Shown here: positions 36,585 through 45,232 of the stretch, one piece after another
Numbering within the stretch: position 1 is the stretch's first letter
Layout of the letters: every line of letters begins with the position of its first letter
Assembly: GCA_963702435.1 (NCBI GenBank)
Contig: CAVPCR010000004.1
Span: 608,001 to 672,000, forward strand
Length of the DNA: 64,000 nucleotides
Direction: 5' to 3'
Source: Candidatus Eiseniibacteriota bacterium
GTDB taxonomy: Bacteria > Eisenbacteria > RBG-16-71-46 > CAVPCR01
Made by a program: the position numbers and the translations under genes
The notes under the pieces: model-generated
Databases searched by the model: none
What the model was told of the DNA's origin: nothing
What the model saw: only the letters and a program-made list of their open reading frames with translations

Positions 36585-38923
36585 ACCTCCGCGTCAGCGA
36601 GTGAGAACGAGGCGCTGGCTCGCGGTCCGGTCGCCCGCGGTGATGCGTGCGATGTAGACGCCGGCCGGCAGCTCGCGACGCGCGGCATCGAGGCGCACGC
36701 GATGCTCGCCCCGCTCGATGCGCCCGTCGAGGAGCACCGCCACCGGCCGCCCGGTGACGTCGTAGATCTTGACCGTGACGGGCATCGCCGCGTCGACGGC
36801 GAAGCGGAGCGTCGTCTCGATCGAGAACGGATTCGGCGCCGCCGCGAAGAGCTGGAGACCGGTGGCCGCCGGCGCCGTCCCCGGCTCGCCGATCCCGGTC
36901 GTCGGGTCGATGAGCGGCCGCTCGTAGACGCCGTTCCCGTGCGTGACAGCGCGGATCCGGCGGGCGAGCCGCACGGCGGAGAGATCCATCACGATCGCCG
37001 CCGACGGCATGCCGAGCTGGAACTCCTGCCAGCTCTGTCCGGTGTCGGTCGAGGCGTAGACCCCGATGTCGTTCCCGAAGTAGAGGACGTGAGGATAGTC
37101 GGGATCGACGAGGATCGCCGAGGACGGCACGTCGGGGAGCGCCGTCGAGAGATCGGCCCAGGTGCTCCCGGCATCGGTCGTGCGATAGAGGTGCCCGGAG
37201 CCGAACCCGGAGAAGACGACGTAGGCGACCTGGTGATCCACCGGGTCGACCGCGATGTCCACCGGGTAGCGATCGGGGAGCGTGCCGGTCACGTTGGTCC
37301 AGCTGGTGCCGCTGTTGGTCGTCCGGAAGATGCCGGCGCGGTTGTAGACCGGCGCCGTCCCCACGTAGACCCAGTCGGGCGATGTCGCCGAGATGCCCAT
37401 CGCCATCGCCATGTTGCCGTCGAGGGCGAGATTGGCGTTGGTCGCCGACCAGTTCGAGCCGCCGTTGGTCGTGCGGTAGATCTTGGTGCGGCCCGCGTAC
37501 AGGATGTTCGGCAGGGCCTGCGAGATGACGAGCGGCGCGGCGAAGGCGGCCTCGTCGGTGCCGATGCCCGAGGTGGCCGAGTTGAAGGTGGTGCCGCCGT
37601 TCGTCGAGCGCCGGATGGCGAGGTACTGCGAGGTGCCGTACATGATGTTCAAGTCGAGCGGATGCATGGCCGTCCAGCAGCCGTCGCCGCCGATCACGCG
37701 GCGCCAGCCGAGGTTCCCCTCGTGAATGGCGGTCGCATTGTCCTGCATGCCGCCGATGGCGAGCGAAGTCGAGAGGAGCGCGCTCGAGAAGCCGTTGTAG
37801 AACTGGGTGGACTGGAGTCCGCCGTTCCGCCCGGCGAAGGTCTGCCCGCGGTCGGTGCTGATGAAGACTCCGCCGTCGGTGCCGAAGTAGAGCGTGTCGG
37901 GCCGCGCGGGGTCGCAGATCACGTCGTGGTGGTCGGCGTGCGCGTAGTTAGCCGGGCCCTCGGGACCGCCGGGCGGGACGTTGCCGAAGAACCAGGCGCT
38001 CCAGTCGGAGACCCGGGAGAGCGTGCGGCCGCCGGTGGTCGAGCGATAGATGTCGACCCCCGCGCAGAGTACGAGGGTCGAGTCGTTCGGATCGACGTGC
38101 ACCCAGTGCGAGTACCAGCCCTGATAGGTGGCGTAGTTGGTCGTGTTGATGAGCTGCCAGGTGTCCCCGAAGTTGAGAGAGCGATAGAGGCCGATGCCGG
38201 TCTCCGCCTGGGCGAGGCTCGCGTAGAGGACGTTCGGATGGGCCTTGTAGATCGCGAGCCAGCCCTTGCCGGTCCAGGTCGCCGGGAGGCCGCTCGTGAG
38301 CCGGGTCCAGCTCGCGCCCGCGTTGGTCGTGCGATAGATCCCGGTGCCCGGGCTTCCCTGGTCGCCGCAGGCGACGTAGACGCGGTCGGGGTCGACCGGA
38401 TCGATCACGATGTGCATGGCCATGAGCACCGGGTGCACGTTGGCCCAGCTCGCGCCGGCGTCGGTCGTCTTGTAGACGCCCTCGGTGGTCGCCGCATAGA
38501 GGAGGTTCGGATCGGTCGGATGCATGGCGAGCCAGGTGACACCGCGGCGCTGGTTGTAGGACCAGTCGAGCGAGTGGTTCCAGGTGGCGCCGCCGTCGGT
38601 GGTCTTCAAGATGCCGATCCCGTAGCTGCCGCGGGTCAGGCGGAGGGCGAGGCCGCCGATCGAGTTCTGATAGCCGTAGACCTCGCCGGTGCCGATGTAG
38701 AGCGTGTTCGAGTCATCGTGCGCGACGGCGATCGAGCTCACGCCGAGGACGGGGAAACCGGTGTCGACGACGTCCCAGGCGTCGGCGCCCTGGCCCGCGG
38801 TGAACGTGCGCCAGAGGCCGCCGGAGGCGGCGCCGGCCCACAGGGTGCGCGGGTTCTCGGGGTTCATGGCGACGGCGAGCGTGCGGCCGCCGATGTTGTG
38901 AGGACCGATCGGGGTCCACGGCT
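35914..38923. repeat. Identical ~358-bp segment shared by the two BNR paralogs (35914-36271 and 38566-38923)
   Basis: Base-by-base reading shows identity at offset 2652; the shadow ORFs 36052/38704 and 36061/38713 are also identical. Confidence 0.9.
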
Positions 38924-39197
38924 GGATGCCGGAGCGCGCCTGATCGAGAGGGCCGCCGGCGAGGCGGGCCTTCGAGTCATGGAAGGCGGCCGCGTGCCCG
39001 ACGTCGGGAATGACCTTCCCCGGATAGGCGCGGGCATTGGCCCACAGCTCGAGCGAGTGGAGCGCGCCGCTCGCGCGCTTGGTCTTGGCGATCGGGATCG
39101 AGGCGGGGGCGAGGACGACTGCGGTCGCCGCGATGGCGAGGATCGAGGCGAACACGGCGAGAACGGCGCGGCGCGGGGCACCCGGGCGGTCGGACAT
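36594..39197 (-). CDS. Secreted BNR/Asp-box beta-propeller protein with FlgD/T9SS-like CTD, paralog 2
   Basis: Same architecture as paralog 1; GGAGGAG RBS. Confidence 0.88.
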   Translation of the reverse strand: MSDRPGAPRRAVLAVFASILAIAATAVVLAPASIPIAKTKRASGALHSLELWANARAYPGKVIPDVGHAAAFHDSKARLAGGPLDQARSGIQPWTPIGPHNIGGRTLAVAMNPENPRTLWAGAASGGLWRTFTAGQGADAWDVVDTGFPVLGVSSIAVAHDDSNTLYIGTGEVYGYQNSIGGLALRLTRGSYGIGILKTTDGGATWNHSLDWSYNQRRGVTWLAMHPTDPNLLYAATTEGVYKTTDAGASWANVHPVLMAMHIVIDPVDPDRVYVACGDQGSPGTGIYRTTNAGASWTRLTSGLPATWTGKGWLAIYKAHPNVLYASLAQAETGIGLYRSLNFGDTWQLINTTNYATYQGWYSHWVHVDPNDSTLVLCAGVDIYRSTTGGRTLSRVSDWSAWFFGNVPPGGPEGPANYAHADHHDVICDPARPDTLYFGTDGGVFISTDRGQTFAGRNGGLQSTQFYNGFSSALLSTSLAIGGMQDNATAIHEGNLGWRRVIGGDGCWTAMHPLDLNIMYGTSQYLAIRRSTNGGTTFNSATSGIGTDEAAFAAPLVISQALPNILYAGRTKIYRTTNGGSNWSATNANLALDGNMAMAMGISATSPDWVYVGTAPVYNRAGIFRTTNSGTSWTNVTGTLPDRYPVDIAVDPVDHQVAYVVFSGFGSGHLYRTTDAGSTWADLSTALPDVPSSAILVDPDYPHVLYFGNDIGVYASTDTGQSWQEFQLGMPSAAIVMDLSAVRLARRIRAVTHGNGVYERPLIDPTTGIGEPGTAPAATGLQLFAAAPNPFSIETTLRFAVDAAMPVTVKIYDVTGRPVAVLLDGRIERGEHRVRLDAARRELPAGVYIARITAGDRTASQRLVLTR

Positions 39198-39485
39198 GGA
39201 CTTGACTCCTCCAGAGGAAGGGCTCGGACCGGCGTCCCGAGTCCCGATGGACTGCGCGAGCTCTGGCGGGATGCTCTGGCGGGGCGGGGGACTCGCCCCG
39301 GCGGGTAACTATTGTAGATCATAGCATGGCGCGCGGATCCCCAGTCCGCACCGGGTCATATCACCCCGGATCCGGGGGCGCCGCGAGGCGCGGCGAAGGT
39401 GCCGTCTCCGCAGCGGGCCGCCGGAGATCGCCGGTGCAGCGCGGGAGCCGCGCCGGGCCGCCCTGTGCCACGCCGGGCCGCCTGT

Positions 39486-39493
39486 GCTATAAT
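39486..39493 (+). promoter_or_regulatory. Extended -10 promoter for the 39685 gene
   Basis: TGCTATAAT, a perfect TGn-TATAAT, in a very GC-rich context; coordinates +/-1. Confidence 0.65.
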
Positions 39494-39684
39494 CGTGCGG
39501 ACGCGCGAGTCGAAGCCGCGCGGGCGCGAGAGCCCGTCGGCTCCGCGTGCCGCCGGCCACCCACCCACCGCCCTAACGGCGGCGGCCACCCGGCACCATG
39601 GGTTCACACGAGGATGCACGTCTCGGGGCCAGCCCGCCCGCGGATCAAGCGCCGCAGGCTACTCTCAGCGGAGGTTGTCATCTC

Positions 39685-40422
39685 ATGAAGACCGCGATCA
39701 CTCTCACCCTGGGTCTCTTCCTGGCGCTCCCCGCCTTCGGCGCCACTTTCGTTGCGGGGCCCGACGGCGCCCCGCCGGTTGAGTGGCCGCCGCTTGTCAA
39801 CGACACCGACTGCACCTCGAGCCAGGGCGCGAACGTGAATGCCTCGCTCGGTATCCAGGGCGCCTACGGCCCGCTCGGCGCGTGTCTCCCCGGCAATCCC
39901 GGCCAGCCCGGGAACCTGATCGGTTTCGCCTTTCCGCTCGCGAGCTGTCAGGACGGCTTCGTGAAGACGACGCGCGTGCAGTTCAACATCGCGGATGCGG
40001 GAGACCTCTACCAGCTCTACCTGTGGCGCGACCAGGGCGGCCTCCCGATCGACGCCTGCGGTCTCGAGTGCGGCGTCGCAGCGAACCCGATCACGATCCC
40101 CGCCAACGGCCCCATCGTGCGCAGCTACGACTGGGTCGGTTTGCAGTGCCCCTGCCTCACCTTCAACACCGAGCGCCTGCACGTCGGCGTCGTCTATGTG
40201 AACGGCGCGACGCCGGCCGACTGGTTCGTCGGCCGCAACAACACGCCGGTGGGCGCCGGCTTCGGCTACGGCAACCTGACCGGCGACCATGGTGACTGGC
40301 AGGACCTGGACGGCTTCGGTTACGGCAACCACTGGGGCGTCGAGAACGTGATCGGTCCCTCGTGCGGTACGGTGCCGGTCGAGGAGACGACCTGGGGCGT
40401 GGTCAAGAGCCTCTACGACTAG
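39685..40422 (+). CDS. Secreted beta-rich hypothetical protein with C-terminal TWG tail
   Basis: GGAGG RBS, signal peptide MKTAITLTLGLFLALPAFGA, 8 Cys, ends VPVEETTWGVVKSLYD. Confidence 0.85.
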   Translation: MKTAITLTLGLFLALPAFGATFVAGPDGAPPVEWPPLVNDTDCTSSQGANVNASLGIQGAYGPLGACLPGNPGQPGNLIGFAFPLASCQDGFVKTTRVQFNIADAGDLYQLYLWRDQGGLPIDACGLECGVAANPITIPANGPIVRSYDWVGLQCPCLTFNTERLHVGVVYVNGATPADWFVGRNNTPVGAGFGYGNLTGDHGDWQDLDGFGYGNHWGVENVIGPSCGTVPVEETTWGVVKSLYD

Positions 40423-40487
40423 ATCCCTTTCCCCCGAGAGACTGGGGTTCCAAGCGTTCGCAAGGATGCTTGAGCCTTCGGGTGGGG

Positions 40488-40520
40488 CCCCCCGGCGCGA
40501 GCCGGGGGGTTTTCCTTTTC
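40488..40520 (+). terminator. Intrinsic terminator
   Basis: CCCCCCGGC-GCGA-GCCGGGGGG followed by TTTTCCTTTT. Confidence 0.85.
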
Positions 40521-40650
40521 TGCGCCCGGTTCGCGTCCGCCTGGCCGCACCGCGCGCCGCGGCGAGACGGTATGCTCGTGGCGGCCGCGAGGAGGAAGAC
40601 GTGAAGGACAGCGCGGCCGCCGGGGGAGGCCGGAGATGATGGCGGAGAGG

Positions 40651-41820
40651 ATGATGGAGCGCACGATCTACCTCGATCACGCCGCGACGACGCCGCTCGA
40701 TCCGCGGGTGGCCGCGCGCATGCAGCCGTTTCTCGCCGCCGACTACGGCAACGAGGCGAGCGTGCACTTCCTCGGCCGGAGCGCCCACGCGGCGGTCGCG
40801 ACGGCCCGCACCGAGGTGGCCGTGCTCGTCGGTGCTCTGCCCGCGGAGATCGTCTTCACCGGTTCGGGGAGCGAGTCCGACAACCTGGCGCTCAAGGGAG
40901 TCGCTTTCTATCACAAGCTCCGCCGCGTGCACCTGGTGACGACCGCGATCGAGCACGACGCGGTGCGGAAAGCCGCGCTCAGCCTCGAGCGGCTCGGCGT
41001 CGAGATCACGATGGTGCCCGTGGACGGGTGCGGGCGCGTCGATCCGGAGGACATCCGGCGGGCGCTCCGTCCGGAGACGCGCCTCGTCTCGGTCATGCAT
41101 GCCAACAACGAGGTGGGCACGATCCAGCCGGTCGCGGCGATCGGCGCGATCGTGCGCGCGCACGGCGCCGCTTTCCACATCGATGCGGTGCAGACCGCCG
41201 GCCTCCTGCCGCTCGATGTGAACGCGCTCCGGTGCGATCTTCTGACTCTGTCCGCGCACAAACTCTACGGGCCGAAGGGAGTCGGCGCGCTCTACGTGCG
41301 CCGGGACACGCGTCTCGCCCCGCTCATCGACGGCGGCCCGCACGAGGAGGGGCTTCGGGCCGGGACCCTCAACGTGGCCGGGATCGTCGGGATCGGCGCG
41401 GCGGCGACGCTCGTGCGCGCCGAGCGGGAGGCGCGGCGGGAGCACGCGCAGGCGGTGCGCGATGCGCTCGCCGCGGCCCTCGTCGCCGTGCTCCCGGACG
41501 CGCGGCGGAGCGGCCATCCGGCGCCCATCCTGCCCGGGCACCTGCATCTCCTGACCGGCCTCGGTCCGTCGCGTCCGCTCCTTGCGCACCTGAGCGCGCG
41601 CCGCATCGCGGCGGCGAGCGGTTCCGCGTGCACGGCGACCATCGACAAGCCCTCGCCCGTGCTCATGGCGATGGGCGTCGCGGCGGACGCCGCCCTCTCC
41701 GCGCTCCGCCTGACGACCGGGCAGGCGATCGCTCTCGACGATGTGCCGGCGGTGGCCGCCGCGATCGCCGAGTACGCGGCGCGCATCCCGCGCGCGGAGC
41801 GGACGCCGGCCGGGCGTTAA
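40651..41820 (+). CDS. iscS: Cysteine desulfurase (IscS/NifS group I)
   Basis: IYLDHAATTP, ANNEVGTIQP, SAHKLYGPKG (PLP Lys), SGSACT (catalytic Cys). Confidence 0.9.
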   Translation: MMERTIYLDHAATTPLDPRVAARMQPFLAADYGNEASVHFLGRSAHAAVATARTEVAVLVGALPAEIVFTGSGSESDNLALKGVAFYHKLRRVHLVTTAIEHDAVRKAALSLERLGVEITMVPVDGCGRVDPEDIRRALRPETRLVSVMHANNEVGTIQPVAAIGAIVRAHGAAFHIDAVQTAGLLPLDVNALRCDLLTLSAHKLYGPKGVGALYVRRDTRLAPLIDGGPHEEGLRAGTLNVAGIVGIGAAATLVRAEREARREHAQAVRDALAAALVAVLPDARRSGHPAPILPGHLHLLTGLGPSRPLLAHLSARRIAAASGSACTATIDKPSPVLMAMGVAADAALSALRLTTGQAIALDDVPAVAAAIAEYAARIPRAERTPAGR

Positions 41821-41861
41821 CCGGCCAGGCGTTAACCGGCCGGGCGTTAACCGGCCAGGCG
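41806..41861. repeat. 15-bp tandem repeat (3.7 copies) carrying the stop codons of two convergent genes
   Basis: ccggcc(g/a)ggcgttaa units; each junction has the palindrome GTTAAC (TAA on both strands). Confidence 0.9.
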
Positions 41862-42653
41862 CAGCGCGCCGGCCAGCCCGTGGCAGGTCGAGACCGTGGC
41901 CACGACCGCGTAGCGGGGATCCCCGCCGCGCGCGCGTCCCCCCGCGCCCGCGCTCCTGGGGGCGCCTGCCGCCGCGGCGGCGCGGCGAAGATCGAGGGCG
42001 GCCCGGGCGATGTCGGCGAGCGGGATCGTCCCCACCCCGTACGCCTCGTGCAGGCACTCGAGTATCGCGAGGCTCGCCACCTCCTCCCGTCCCGCGACGT
42101 GCGCGCGCACGGCGCGCGCCATGTTCCAGTCGAGCGGCGCCGCGATCGCCGGACAGGTGGCCGGCTCGATGCAGTTGACCGGGCAGACCCAGGTGGCGAA
42201 GGAGAGGGCGACGTTCCCGGTCCCGAGGTCGCGTGTGAACGGCGTTGCGATGCCGCCGAGGATGCGCCTTGCCTCGGCGGCCCCCGCCGGCGTCGCGCCG
42301 GGGGCGGCGACCCGGCCGAGCGCCGCGAGCAGGATGTGCGAGGCCAAGGGGGAGGGGACCAGCCGATCGCGTACGGCCTCGCCGCGGGCAACCGCGGCGA
42401 TCGCTGCCGGGAGCGCGAGGCTCACGTGATCCGCCCAGTCGGCGACCGCGATCTCGATCCGCGGGTCGGCGACGGTGCGCGCGACGCGGCAGGCCGGGTC
42501 GCGATCCACGACGACGATGCGCGCGACGGGCCCGCCGGCGCGATCGGCGTAGCGGAGGAGCTGGCGCACGTAGAAGCTCCCGAAGCAGCCGCCGCCGATC
42601 ACGACGTACGACGCAGGGCCGGCCGGATAGCGCGCCGGGAGGACGGGCTTCAA
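41847..42653 (-). CDS. Uncharacterised protein: Rossmann-like N-terminus plus Cys/His-rich C-terminus
   Basis: TTG start overlaps the queG stop (TTGA); VVIGGGCFG, VVVDRD, CPVNCIEPATC, CLH, ATVSTCHG. Confidence 0.75.
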   Translation of the reverse strand: MKPVLPARYPAGPASYVVIGGGCFGSFYVRQLLRYADRAGGPVARIVVVDRDPACRVARTVADPRIEIAVADWADHVSLALPAAIAAVARGEAVRDRLVPSPLASHILLAALGRVAAPGATPAGAAEARRILGGIATPFTRDLGTGNVALSFATWVCPVNCIEPATCPAIAAPLDWNMARAVRAHVAGREEVASLAILECLHEAYGVGTIPLADIARAALDLRRAAAAAGAPRSAGAGGRARGGDPRYAVVATVSTCHGLAGALRLAG

Positions 42654-43792
42654 GACCCCGCGCTCCCGCGCGCGGCGGCGATCTCCGCGCGCACGCTCGG
42701 ATCCTCCTCGCGCCGCGCCGCGCCCGCGAGCGCGGTCCGCGCCGCGGCCCCGCCGTGCCGGCCGAGCCCCCAGGCGGCATGGGCGCGCACGAGCGGTTCC
42801 GGATGGGCGAGGCCGCCGCCGAGCGCGGCGACCGCCTCCGGCACTTCGGCATCGCCGACCACGGCGGCGTTGCCGAGCGCGACCATCACGTTGCGGAGGA
42901 AGCCGGCGTACCCGGGACGCGAGAGGTTCGTGTCCCGGAATCGCGAGGCGAACGCGGCCGGAGAGAGCCGCGCCAGGTCGGCGAGCGGCGGGGCGAGGTG
43001 TCCGTCGCGCGGTGCATAGGTAGGATCTGCGCCAGGTCGCGAAAACTTGTTCCAGGGACAGACGTCCTGGCAAACGTCGCAGCCGAAGATCCAGTCCCCG
43101 AGCCCCGGACGCAGCTCCGGCGCGATCGCGCCCCGCTCCTCGATGGTCAGGTAGGAGATGCAGCGGCGCGAGTCGACGACCCCCGGGGCGACGATGGCCG
43201 CGGTCGGGCAGGCGTCGATGCAGCGCGTGCAGGTGCCGCAGTGGTCGGTGGCGGGAGGGTCGGGCTCCGCCTCGGCGCTCACCACCAGCTCGGCGAGGAA
43301 GAACCAGGAGCCCCCGCCCTTCACGATCACGTTCGCATGCTTGCCGACCCAGCCGATTCCGGCCCGGTGGGCCCACGGCTTCTCGAGCACCGATCCGGTG
43401 TCCACGTGGGCGCGCGCCTCGAGTCCGGGCTCCTCGTCCCGGAGGCGCGCGACCAGGCGGCGGAGCATGGCGCCGATCGCCTGATGGTAGTCGCCGCCCC
43501 AGGCGTAGCGGGAGATCCGGCCGGCTCCCGCGCGCGCCGCGTGCCGCGCGGGGTGGAAGTAGTTGACGGCGAGCGAGACGATCGTGCGCGCGAAGGGGGC
43601 GGCGCGGCGCGGATCGCGCCGCCGGGCGGGATCGCGGGCCATCCAGGCCATGGTCCCGTGGTAGCCGCGCGCGAGCCAACCATCGAGGCCGGACCGGTCG
43701 CCGAGATCGGCGGCCGCAGCGAACCCGGCGCGATCGAACCCGGCGGCGAGGGCCGCCGCCCGGATCCGCTCTTTGAGGCGTGCGGGTGACAT
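42650..43792 (-). CDS. queG: tRNA epoxyqueuosine(34) reductase
   Basis: GYHGTMAWM, SRYAWGGDYH, VDTGSVLEK, CGTCTRCIDACPT, RCISYLTIE, FGCDVCQDVCPWN. Confidence 0.96.
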   Translation of the reverse strand: MSPARLKERIRAAALAAGFDRAGFAAAADLGDRSGLDGWLARGYHGTMAWMARDPARRRDPRRAAPFARTIVSLAVNYFHPARHAARAGAGRISRYAWGGDYHQAIGAMLRRLVARLRDEEPGLEARAHVDTGSVLEKPWAHRAGIGWVGKHANVIVKGGGSWFFLAELVVSAEAEPDPPATDHCGTCTRCIDACPTAAIVAPGVVDSRRCISYLTIEERGAIAPELRPGLGDWIFGCDVCQDVCPWNKFSRPGADPTYAPRDGHLAPPLADLARLSPAAFASRFRDTNLSRPGYAGFLRNVMVALGNAAVVGDAEVPEAVAALGGGLAHPEPLVRAHAAWGLGRHGGAAARTALAGAARREEDPSVRAEIAAARGSAGS

Positions 43793-43923
43793 GGCGAGAT
43801 CCTAGCAAGGCGGGCCGCGCCGCCGGCAGCCATGGTATGCTCGCCGCCGATTCGCGCCGAACAGGCTCGCCCGCCCGCTGCTCGGCTGGTTCCGCGCCCC
43901 GCTCCCCGCTCAAGGTCGACAAG

Positions 43924-44937
43924 GTGATCGTTCTCGGCATCGAGACTTCGTGCGACGACACCTCGGCAGCGGTGGTGAACGACGAGTTCGCCATCCTGTC
44001 GAACGTCGTCGCCTCGCAGGAGGACCACGCCGCCTTCGGCGGTGTGGTGCCCGAGCTCGCCTCGCGGGCCCATACCCGCCTCATCGCGCCCGTCGTGCGC
44101 CTCGCGCTCGCTCGCGCCGGCTGCGCTCTCGACGCGGTCGACGGCATCGCGGTGACGTACGGGCCGGGGCTCCTCGGTTCGCTGCTCGTCGGGGTGAGCT
44201 TCGCCAAGGCGCTCGCCTACGGCGCCGGCAAGCCGCTCGTCGGCGTGAACCACCTCGAGGGGCACCTGTGGTCGGCGCTCCATGTCGCGCCGACCCTCCT
44301 CGCCACTCCCTTCCTGGCTCTCATCGTGTCCGGAGGCCACTCCGAGATCGTGCTGGTGCGCGCGTTCGGCACCTACGAGCACCTCGGTGGGACGCAGGAC
44401 GATGCGGCCGGCGAGGCCTTCGACAAGGTGGCCAAGCTCCTCGGCCTCGGTTATCCGGGCGGTCCCCATGTCGAGCGCCTCGCGCGCGCGGCGAACGGGA
44501 CCTCCGATCTGACCTTCCCCGTCGCGGTGACCGACGGTCGCTACGACCTGAGCTTCTCGGGGCTCAAGACGGCGGTGCGCCAGCACCTCACGAAGCGGCC
44601 GCCGGGCACCGAGGACGAACGCGCCCATGTGGCGTGGGCCTTCCAGCACGCGGTGACGCTCGCGCTCGGCGCGCGCATCCTGGCGGCGCTCGACGAGCAT
44701 CGCGTCGAGCACGTGGTCGTGTGCGGAGGAGTGGCGCGAAACGGCTACCTGCGCGCGCATCTCGGTGCGGCGCTCGCCCGTCGCAACGTCGAGCTGATCG
44801 TTCCGCTTCCGGAACTGTGCACCGACAACGGCGCGATGATCGGATTCGTCGGCGCGCTCGAACTCCGCCGCGGGCGGCGCGCACCGCTCGCACTCGCGCC
44901 GGCGGCAAGTCTCGAAGAGGCGGGCTGGGAGATCTAG
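43924..44937 (+). CDS. tsaD: tRNA N6-adenosine threonylcarbamoyltransferase
   Basis: LGIETSCDDT, GGVVPELASRAH, NHLEGH, VSGGHS, GEAFDK, SFSGLKT, CTDNGAMI. Confidence 0.97.
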   Translation: MIVLGIETSCDDTSAAVVNDEFAILSNVVASQEDHAAFGGVVPELASRAHTRLIAPVVRLALARAGCALDAVDGIAVTYGPGLLGSLLVGVSFAKALAYGAGKPLVGVNHLEGHLWSALHVAPTLLATPFLALIVSGGHSEIVLVRAFGTYEHLGGTQDDAAGEAFDKVAKLLGLGYPGGPHVERLARAANGTSDLTFPVAVTDGRYDLSFSGLKTAVRQHLTKRPPGTEDERAHVAWAFQHAVTLALGARILAALDEHRVEHVVVCGGVARNGYLRAHLGAALARRNVELIVPLPELCTDNGAMIGFVGALELRRGRRAPLALAPAASLEEAGWEI

Positions 44938-45007
44938 CGCACCGCGCTCGCTCGCCCGCGCTGCCGCCCTGCGCGCACCGGCGCCGCGTCCCGTCGCTTC
45001 CCTCATT

Positions 45008-45025
45008 TTGCAGCGCCGGCTGCAA
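45008..45025. promoter_or_regulatory. Palindromic candidate enhancer (bEBP site)
   Basis: TTGCAGC-GCCG-GCTGCAA, about 100 bp upstream of a sigma54 promoter. Confidence 0.45.
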
Positions 45026-45124
45026 CCTGCACGCCGCCCCGGTCCAAACCGCCCACCCGCCGTCCGGGTGCCGGCCCAACTCGCTGCCAGTACAGGAGCT
45101 AGACGCGCCGCTCCGGGTCCTCCT

Positions 45125-45139
45125 TGGCACGCTAGTTGC
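45125..45139 (+). promoter_or_regulatory. Sigma54 promoter of the REC-GGDEF operon
   Basis: TGGCACGCTAGTTGC matches consensus TGGCACG-N4-TTGC exactly. Confidence 0.8.
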
Positions 45140-45232
45140 CCGCGTCCTTGCCGCAGAGGCCTGCCCGGATTTCCTCGCCTGCTTTCGGCCGTGTCCGCAT
45201 GGGGTCGTGATCCAGGGAGCAGCTCCAAACGC

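Noticed and set aside
39495..39684. Riboswitch in the long leader of the 39685 gene
   Set aside because: GC-rich hairpins are possible, but I could not identify a known aptamer core or expression platform by eye.
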